Shown: positions 56,996-64,000 of the stretch, piece after piece | Layout of the letters: each line of letters starts with the position of its first letter | How positions within the stretch are numbered: position 1 is the first letter of the stretch | Source of the DNA: a virus | Virus record (IMG/VR): IMGVR_UViG_3300050821_003619 | Coordinates: 32,001-96,000 of that record | Direction: 5' to 3' (one strand) | Length of the DNA: 64,000 bases | Position numbers and translations under genes: made by a program | Notes under the pieces: generated by a model | Told to the model about the DNA's origin: nothing | Seen by the model: the letters and a program-made list of their open reading frames with translations, nothing else | Databases searched by the model: none

Positions 56996-59900
56996 TTACG
57001 ACGATGGGAACCCTATGTTTCCACCACCTGTAGCCGGTAGTGTAGACCATGGAGACCCTCTGCCTGTTAACAATGACTTATCCATCTGGAACCATGCTCC
57101 AACAGCATTCGTTGAGAATTCTAAGAAAGCTCGTTGAGCCTGTACATTGATTGGACGGAAGTAATCGTTTTGTGCAGGGTAGTTAAGCGTGATGCCAACC
57201 GGCACCTGATACGGATAACGTGCGTCAAGCGTATTAGGCAAAATACGCAAAGACATCAGACCTGCACCGTGACCTGTGATTTGCAGCACAGTATACGATT
57301 TGTTGTGGAAACCAAATATAGGTAACGTTGCAGCCTTAGCTGCATTAACGTGCCCATAAGTAGTGTACACACTGTGAATTGCTGCTCCATCATCACTTAA
57401 CTGGTCGGGGTCTAACTGGTAGACCTTTGAAGATGCTATGCCGTTGCATATGAACAGCGGTTGATCTATACCGTTTTGTCTAGTGATGAAATCCATATAT
57501 GGAGAAGGAATCTGCCATATGGTCCATTTTCTCTTCATATCCACTGCAGCTAACGTACCAAACATCGTTGTATGCATTTCAGCTTGACTTACCAGTTCCT
57601 CGAAAGTACCGAGACCCTGATAGTTCAAACAAAGCATAACGTTCGGGCTAGTAGGTGTAGGGTTGTATACAGAGTTAGGAAGCCACTTTACAGATGTTGT
57701 TTTCTCTCCAGTGATAGGATTGGTGCCTGTAGGCAACGGAATCGCGCAAAGAATACGCTTATTGATAATGTCGTTACGAAGTACAATCGTGTTACCGGCA
57801 TTCCAATTGATTGCGTCCCATACCTGATAGATTTCCTGCATCATCTTCTGTGGTTGCCCACCATTGAAACCAAATATACCCGCACGGCACGCCATCACAG
57901 CCCATTCTTCACCAACATCATAAGCGTGGATACCAATGGCACCCACCTTGTTACTCACCTCGTGTAGGCCCCAGCCTCCGGGTTCGGAGTTAGGATTGTT
58001 TTCGGTTGAGTACATGCTTTGTGTCTTCATCAAGAATAGCTGATCATGCATTACGAACCCTCCCATAACTGATTGAGAGTTCTCAGGCGTAGTATCTATG
58101 ATGCCTCCTTGATCGGCAGAGGCGTCAACAGACTCAGGTCGATTAATATACGAACCGTAGACTTGAGCCAAGATGTTTGGTGTCTTGGTAGGATAAACTT
58201 CCACACGATCTATTTCGACTCCTGCACCTGATGCCAGATTGCTGGCGTAGATGCGTAAAAGTAGAGTAGAAGGTACGGAACCCACGATGCTGGCTGCTCC
58301 ACCTTGGTTTACCGAATTGGTAAACGGAGTGGTTAACAGTGCACCAGAGAATACTGCAGTAGAAGTTGTCATGCTTGAGAAAGGCACTACGAACGATCCG
58401 TACTGTGTGCTTCCGTCTGACAAATCTACCACCAGATTACCATTAGTGTTAGCAGAGGTTATACGAGCAGCTATACGCACAGAATAGGTTGTATTCTGAG
58501 CAATAATAGGAGTACCAAAACTGTCTTGGTATGCCGTCTGCTGTATCAATCCTGCCCCGCTTAAGGTGCTGGCTGATGTGTTATTAATTGCGTACGCAAA
58601 TCCAGTAACTGTGCTGTTAACCAGTGACCCGGTGAAATCTGGAGCACTCCAACCAGATGGTTGGTTAGGAACAATGTAGCTATCAAATGACATAGCAACA
58701 AAGTTTTGAACCTTGTTAAGCTGCAATCCGTAGAACATACGATTAGCGTATGGAACGGCCCAAGCTGAGCTTCCCAGTTCAATAAGGTTAAACAGGTTGT
58801 CACCCTGCACGTCAATTTCTCGTGAATTAAGAAGAACTGCATCTGTGAACGAGAAAGTAGCACTTTGCGTAGTGTTGTCTCTAATAATGGTTGACTGAGC
58901 TAGAGTAGTTGTAACCGTACCAATGGTCTGCGTTACGGGGTTTTCGATAACGTAGAAGTTAGCTCCGGGTACACCATTTTGTCCTGCTTCAGTGAACGCT
59001 ATAGCTCTAGCAATTACATACGAAGGACCAATAGGAATGTTGCTAACCTGAATGGAGTTGGTTCCTGCTGCCACATTAAACACAATAGGTGTATTTGGGG
59101 CGCTTTCGTAACCTGTCTCTGTAATGAAGTAGCACACTGCTTGTCGCGTACCAGCGGCAATTTGTGTTGTGCCACCGGGTGTAGTACCGATTACGTTTAA
59201 GGTTCCTGTGGTTCCATTTCCATAGATTGGGTTAGTTGTGGTTCCTGTAGCGTTTGCACCGGGATCGATCAAAAACTGTGTACCATAAACTACGGCTTGA
59301 CCGTTTTGGGTTACGCTAGAATTTGGCGTAGCTCCAGCAGGTGCAACAACAGTAAATGTACCGCTCGATCCAAGAGGCAATGCGCCAGAAGGGGCCACAC
59401 TCTGTACTACATAGGTTCCATTCAGATCGGTACCAGTGTCTACCAGAGTATTTGTGACCTTAACAATTTCTCCTGCCGTAGGTCCTACTCCGGTTGCTAC
59501 CGTAAACGTGAATGTAACAGTGCTGCCTGATACGTCAACTGCTGAGTTAGTTATACTCATAGTGCCGCTATTTAAAGGCTGCACAACAGTGAAAGTTTGA
59601 TTCCATCCTGCTGGAGATTCTCCAGTGATAGTTATCTGGCTTCCTGCAGTTATATTTGGCACACCGGTTGTAGTGGTTACTACTGCTAGTGAGCGCTCGT
59701 ATGTCATACCAGCCGTTGAATTGGTCTGGAAGTGTCCCGAAGAGGTAAAGTTGAACGTAAAATAGTAACGCTCTCCTGATCCACCGGGAGGAATACCGAT
59801 ACCCACGCTGGTTACCTGCCATGTGCCATTAAAGGTACCTGTGCCAGTTATATACACATACGTTGGTATGCCTAACTTCATTTGCTCAACCAAGTTGTCG

Positions 59901-62056
59901 TCACCCGGTATACCGCTTCCGCCAATTGAGGCGTTTGCGTAGTATACGGTAACAACGCTACCCGGTTGTGTGTTTCCTACACCTGCACTTTGCAATAGAG
60001 TTATCCAAGGTCCTTTAGGATTAGGCCCGTCTGGATTGTTGTAGTGTCCCGCACTGCCGCCGTTTGTTGGGGTGGGTAGAACTGTGAATGAATTAGGCTG
60101 TTTAATGCTTGATATGCCAAAATTTGGTGCCAAAGTAGCAGTTGCAGTAGACACCAAGTTAGTAGAAATTAGATTAGCATGAGAAGGCACTGAGATTTCA
60201 AATTGAGTAGGTGATAGTCCAGCGGACAAAATCACAAACGGCAGATTATTAAGCTGCGTATCAGTTACGCTGCCGGGTGCCGATGGAATAATATTGCTCA
60301 GAACATATACTGTTCCTGCTGCGGGTTCTGTGCCTGTGTACTGAAAAGTAGCTACTCCACCTGACACTGCATAAGAAGTCAATGAGAGGTTAGTAGCAGT
60401 AGAACTAGATGTAGCAGTTACGCTAAGCTGACCACCGGGAGCATACATAGACAATGGAAGGAACTGAGTGCCATCATAAATGCGAGGACGATCTGTTCCT
60501 ACGGTAAGATTAGAGAACATAATGTACTCTTGATCTAAAGCCGTAACACTCTTTGCATATGAGCCGGGTAAAATACCTGTCAAAGCAACAGAAAGTGCAC
60601 CGGGGTTACCCGTTACATCCTCCTGCCACAAAATACCTGCGGCGTCCAGTGCCAGCGTGTCTATCTGTCCATCATCTTGCACAAAAGACTTGATGTAGTT
60701 AAAGTTCTCTAAGGCAGGGGTGATATACGTCAACATGTCCAAATCATTGATGAATGTTGTGCCTGTGCCAGTAGAAACTACCTGAACTCCAAATGCGTTA
60801 GCGTTTACATCAGATGCCAGCCATGTGCTGCCCCATAGATCATTAGATGTGCCTAAAGAATATATCGTAGGAGTCGTAGTCAAAAGCTGCGTCTTTGGCG
60901 TGCCGACCGTTAGGCCGTTTTTTAACAACTGCAAAGACACCGTAGTTGCTTGGCTTGAATACGCTTGGAATGTTACACCAAAACCAGATATACCAGAAGT
61001 AGCAGGTACCGTAAATGTAAAATTCTGCACATTCAAAGAATTAGAGCTACCGGAAGTGGTGTAATACAAAGTCACCGACAACTGATCTATAGAAAATGAT
61101 CCTGTACCGCTGTTCTGCTGTGCATCGATCAGTATGCCGAATGGCGTACCATTAACTATCTCAGGAGTTAAAGTTGTACCCCATTGATAGGCCGATGAAC
61201 CTTTTGTGTACACCGCTAACGAAGGTCCAATAGGCACATTAACTGCCGTACCAATTGGGAATCCGTTCTGTGCTAATTGCAGGTTGATAGAAGAACTTCC
61301 TGCTGATCCAGTAGAACTGGCCCTAAACGTAATTGAGATGCCAGTAACCGTAGCATTATTAGTGATCGCATACCCAACATTATTTGCTAGAATAGGAGAA
61401 GACGTTGCGCCTGTTAACGTGATCGTAGCAAACTGTGTTGACGATAAAATATTAGCAGGATTAGTAAATGTTAGGGTAGTTCCAGAATTAGCAGCAGAAC
61501 CGGGAACAGCAGGCTGAGTCACTGTACTGCCCGTACTTACTGTTGCATACGCTGTGTTACCTAGAATATTGTTAGGAGATACCCATGAACTGCTGCCGCC
61601 TGTTTGTTCTGTGGCTGAGGACGGTACGTTGGGTCCTACAAACAGACCGGTCAAAGAAATAGCGGTTGCACCGGGAGAAGCTGTGGTTATGATGTCATGT
61701 ACTCCCACAAGTATAGCAGTAAATGTTGTGGGGTTGCTGGCCTCAACTACTACCTGTAAACCATTCAAAAATGTTAATGCTCCAGTGAAACCCTGAAGCA
61801 ATAAAAGCTCATTCACTACAGGCTGTGTTCCTGTGTACGTGAATAGCGCTGTGCCGTAAGTAATGCTTACGGAAGAAATCTTAATTGTAGTGCTGTATGT
61901 GTAGACAGATGATAGACCGTCTCGTGTGAATACGCTACCTACGATAAAATCCACGTCTTGGCAACGTGGGCTGGCTCCTTCTGGTACGTTCTCAGGAGAA
62001 GCTAAGGTAACCATACCCCCAAAAGTGTCTAAAGAGGCGGTTCCTAGTGCTTGCAA
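56996..62056 (-). CDS. tail nozzle/stabilisation-like protein (P22 gp10/T7 gp12 type) with inserted beta-sandwich domains
   Basis: N-terminal FGG...SPxCxDVDF...TRxG; C-terminal propeller-like VGA...GIFxFNG; position upstream of the ejection genes. Confidence 0.65.
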   Translation of the reverse strand: MQALGTASLDTFGGMVTLASPENVPEGASPRCQDVDFIVGSVFTRDGLSSVYTYSTTIKISSVSITYGTALFTYTGTQPVVNELLLLQGFTGALTFLNGLQVVVEASNPTTFTAILVGVHDIITTASPGATAISLTGLFVGPNVPSSATEQTGGSSSWVSPNNILGNTAYATVSTGSTVTQPAVPGSAANSGTTLTFTNPANILSSTQFATITLTGATSSPILANNVGYAITNNATVTGISITFRASSTGSAGSSSINLQLAQNGFPIGTAVNVPIGPSLAVYTKGSSAYQWGTTLTPEIVNGTPFGILIDAQQNSGTGSFSIDQLSVTLYYTTSGSSNSLNVQNFTFTVPATSGISGFGVTFQAYSSQATTVSLQLLKNGLTVGTPKTQLLTTTPTIYSLGTSNDLWGSTWLASDVNANAFGVQVVSTGTGTTFINDLDMLTYITPALENFNYIKSFVQDDGQIDTLALDAAGILWQEDVTGNPGALSVALTGILPGSYAKSVTALDQEYIMFSNLTVGTDRPRIYDGTQFLPLSMYAPGGQLSVTATSSSTATNLSLTSYAVSGGVATFQYTGTEPAAGTVYVLSNIIPSAPGSVTDTQLNNLPFVILSAGLSPTQFEISVPSHANLISTNLVSTATATLAPNFGISSIKQPNSFTVLPTPTNGGSAGHYNNPDGPNPKGPWITLLQSAGVGNTQPGSVVTVYYANASIGGSGIPGDDNLVEQMKLGIPTYVYITGTGTFNGTWQVTSVGIGIPPGGSGERYYFTFNFTSSGHFQTNSTAGMTYERSLAVVTTTTGVPNITAGSQITITGESPAGWNQTFTVVQPLNSGTMSITNSAVDVSGSTVTFTFTVATGVGPTAGEIVKVTNTLVDTGTDLNGTYVVQSVAPSGALPLGSSGTFTVVAPAGATPNSSVTQNGQAVVYGTQFLIDPGANATGTTTNPIYGNGTTGTLNVIGTTPGGTTQIAAGTRQAVCYFITETGYESAPNTPIVFNVAAGTNSIQVSNIPIGPSYVIARAIAFTEAGQNGVPGANFYVIENPVTQTIGTVTTTLAQSTIIRDNTTQSATFSFTDAVLLNSREIDVQGDNLFNLIELGSSAWAVPYANRMFYGLQLNKVQNFVAMSFDSYIVPNQPSGWSAPDFTGSLVNSTVTGFAYAINNTSASTLSGAGLIQQTAYQDSFGTPIIAQNTTYSVRIAARITSANTNGNLVVDLSDGSTQYGSFVVPFSSMTTSTAVFSGALLTTPFTNSVNQGGAASIVGSVPSTLLLRIYASNLASGAGVEIDRVEVYPTKTPNILAQVYGSYINRPESVDASADQGGIIDTTPENSQSVMGGFVMHDQLFLMKTQSMYSTENNPNSEPGGWGLHEVSNKVGAIGIHAYDVGEEWAVMACRAGIFGFNGGQPQKMMQEIYQVWDAINWNAGNTIVLRNDIINKRILCAIPLPTGTNPITGEKTTSVKWLPNSVYNPTPTSPNVMLCLNYQGLGTFEELVSQAEMHTTMFGTLAAVDMKRKWTIWQIPSPYMDFITRQNGIDQPLFICNGIASSKVYQLDPDQLSDDGAAIHSVYTTYGHVNAAKAATLPIFGFHNKSYTVLQITGHGAGLMSLRILPNTLDARYPYQVPVGITLNYPAQNDYFRPINVQAQRAFLEFSTNAVGAWFQMDKSLLTGRGSPWSTLPATGGGNIGFPSS

Positions 62057-62153
62057 ATTGTGGCCGATATAGGTACCCTCGATTCTTTTATAAAGGGGAA
62101 GGCTACCTAAACGTCTTCCCCTAGCCCGATATTTTCTCAGGATGTTCTTTTTA

Positions 62154-62369
62154 CTACTCTGTTATAGAGCCTTCTTTTAATGCATAGCAAGGCACATTAT
62201 TAACGGTAATACGTTGTGCAGTAGTGGTCGCGTACTGATCATTAAGTAGAATGCTTGCAAGCCCATTGGACACTGACAAGATTTTACATGAAATAGAACG
62301 GCCATCCCCCACAACCACTAATCTACCGTTAGAATCTGTATTAGTTGTAGGTGCTCCGGGTACAGACAT
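62154..62369 (-). CDS. small structural/hypothetical protein
   Basis: AGGAG RBS; DxNGRxVxVGD. Confidence 0.55.
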   Translation of the reverse strand: MSVPGAPTTNTDSNGRLVVVGDGRSISCKILSVSNGLASILLNDQYATTTAQRITVNNVPCYALKEGSITE

Positions 62370-62381
62370 ATGGTGTTCTCC

Positions 62382-62735
62382 TTATAATCTGTTGTAGATG
62401 AATTCACCAACGATGATATCATTAAGGACCTGAGCAGGGATGATAGCTGATGCTGATAGCTCAGTGCCATTCAAGAAGATCATAAGTTCATCGACAGCAG
62501 GGATATACTTGTAGGTATACCCATTAGAGGTTTCTCCAACTACTGTAGCCTGCAAAAACTGCTTGGTGTCAATGGTCTGTGCGTTAGCATAGGCAACCAT
62601 TCCGACAGGAATTCCACCAACGTTATACACGCCTGCTCCAATAGAAAGCTGAACCCACAAAGTAGATGTCTTAGCATCAAATGAAGGTCCCGCAACTAGA
62701 GCGGCTATAGTAACTGAAGGTAACAAACTAGACAT
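62382..62735 (-). CDS. putative virion structural protein
   Basis: YxxGG...GYxYxY...GxEL pattern; GGAG RBS. Confidence 0.5.
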   Translation of the reverse strand: MSSLLPSVTIAALVAGPSFDAKTSTLWVQLSIGAGVYNVGGIPVGMVAYANAQTIDTKQFLQATVVGETSNGYTYKYIPAVDELMIFLNGTELSASAIIPAQVLNDIIVGEFIYNRL

Positions 62736-62820
62736 ATTATTTTCTCCCACGATTCACCAGAGTGTATCTGGCTTACGTATACTAAGGCTTATAGCCTCGG
62801 TTTAATTTAATTGTACAACT

Positions 62821-63534
62821 TTACGTCTTTCCATTTAGCTTGTTAAACAAACGATGGAACTCCGCAATCTTTTTTTCAACGGGAATAGAGTTACCACTAT
62901 CGGCCTCAAGGAATACCGTCCAACTAAAAGTATCTTTGGTAGACACGTCTTTAGGCTTTGGTGGTCTTAAGGGCCTATGAAATGGGTAATCCTCTCGTAG
63001 ATCGATGCAATCCCCTATGTAAATCTCGTAGCGATGGTCATTAACTATGTGTATACCGTGTTGATGCAAAGTTTCTGCTACCCATTTCTCATCGTCATTG
63101 TTATCGGGTAACGGAGAACCGACCATGATTTCCATGCATTGTCTGGAAACCCACCAATTAAATCCTACTGGAACATTGTACCCCTGATTAAGGTATCTAT
63201 TAATCTTTCCTGAGTACTGGTGCTTTTCGTAGCCTGACAGCAGCAACTCTACAGGTCTTAGAACGACATCATCATCACACTTCAACATGTAGTCGTAGCC
63301 GTGATCCAATGCCCACTTCATGATCTGTCTTACCTTCTCTGGAAGGTCTTTATACAAGTCACCGCAATTTAACGGTACAACATTGGGTTCATCTGAAGTA
63401 TCTGCCCCTATAAAGAATCTTACATCGGCTTTTCCTTCCGGTACCATAGCCAGCCATGTACTTCTTATAGCATCTCTCCAGTTTTTTCTATGCTGTGCTG
63501 AGACCACCGCTATCAATGTTTTAGTCTGAGCCAT
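62821..63534 (-). CDS. GT31-like glycosyltransferase
   Basis: RxAIRxTW, FFIG, DxYxxLxxK, YMLKCDDD, DDxWV. Confidence 0.8.
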   Translation of the reverse strand: MAQTKTLIAVVSAQHRKNWRDAIRSTWLAMVPEGKADVRFFIGADTSDEPNVVPLNCGDLYKDLPEKVRQIMKWALDHGYDYMLKCDDDVVLRPVELLLSGYEKHQYSGKINRYLNQGYNVPVGFNWWVSRQCMEIMVGSPLPDNNDDEKWVAETLHQHGIHIVNDHRYEIYIGDCIDLREDYPFHRPLRPPKPKDVSTKDTFSWTVFLEADSGNSIPVEKKIAEFHRLFNKLNGKT

Positions 63535-63542
63535 TGATGTTG

Positions 63543-63998
63543 CTACTCCAAAAGGTTTCTGTTCTTCTCTACAAAATATTCGTTAGTGAACACTTTGAAA
63601 CGCTCTTTATTTTGAAGAAAGTATGATGGTAGCCTAGGATCGTCTGTTTCCCATCTCTGAGCGTCACCTATACCAGATCGATGGTACAAATCTCTTCCGT
63701 TCACCACATCGTCTGCTATTTGTCTGTCCGTGCGGGACTTTATGTAGGGGTGAAGATCATCATGAGAAATAGCGTACACTTTTCTTCTTAATCTATCTAG
63801 GTTGTCTGAGAAATAAGAACAGTGCCAGCCGCCGTTTTCTATAGACGGCCAGTTGGGGTCCATATCTCCCGGACCACCTCTAAAACTACAGATGCCTTCC
63901 CTGCGCTTAATGTCTCCTACAACTCCTATACGGGCACGAGACCATGCTCGCTGGCCGTAGTTAAACATGTGGTTAAAATTGTAGTAAAAGGTGTACTG
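63543..63998 (-). CDS. GT17-like glycosyltransferase (5' partial)
   Basis: frame open to the window edge; FYYNFN, GGWHCSYF, KxxAxSH, LPxY. Confidence 0.7.
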   Translation of the reverse strand, partial: QYTFYYNFNHMFNYGQRAWSRARIGVVGDIKRREGICSFRGGPGDMDPNWPSIENGGWHCSYFSDNLDRLRRKVYAISHDDLHPYIKSRTDRQIADDVVNGRDLYHRSGIGDAQRWETDDPRLPSYFLQNKERFKVFTNEYFVEKNRNLLE

Positions 63999-64000
63999 TA

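Noticed and set aside
591-63529. numerous antisense ORFs in the track
   Set aside because: They are shadows of real genes, lack RBSs or motifs, and run against the two-arm strand organisation
1-64000. stop-codon reassignment or diversity-generating retroelement
   Set aside because: Conserved genes are intact in the standard code with all three stops used; no reverse transcriptase or TR/VR pair was seen

Overview
A gene-dense fragment of a tailed dsDNA bacteriophage, probably a podovirus with a P22-like tail and ejection module. The host looks Gram-negative (lipoproteins, GH108 muramidase), but the phylum cannot be fixed from sequence alone. Two arms converge at a bidirectional terminator near 35.1 kb. 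The + arm (1-35080) carries many small early genes and then DNA-metabolism genes: ParB-like, GIY-YIG and HNH nucleases, PD-(D/E)XK exonuclease, SSB-like, SF2 helicase, primase-helicase, RuvC-like, RecA, HD hydrolase and two peptidoglycan hydrolases. The - arm (35137-64000) carries glycosyltransferases, a giant tail-nozzle-like protein, ejection proteins including a ~1,690-aa polyvalent protein, tail fibres, holin-like proteins, a phosphoesterase, dNMP kinase and a serine protease. No integrase, polymerase, terminase, capsid, tRNA or CRISPR array was seen. The main observations outside the ORF track are: (1) two tiny secreted Cys-containing peptides with a DG-x(1-2)-P-[LM]-P-L-C motif that recurs in a large secreted beta-propeller-like protein, a candidate phage peptide-signalling or mimicry system, plus a stand-alone histidine-kinase-H-box-like miniprotein; (2) a circularly permuted two-piece tmRNA with a structured 122-nt intervening segment and a 26-codon tag; (3) a repeated RBS-sequestering RNA element with compensatory changes in two alternative stems; (4) a hairpin-rich ~300-nt noncoding region. 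All family assignments come from motif recognition by eye, with no database searches.
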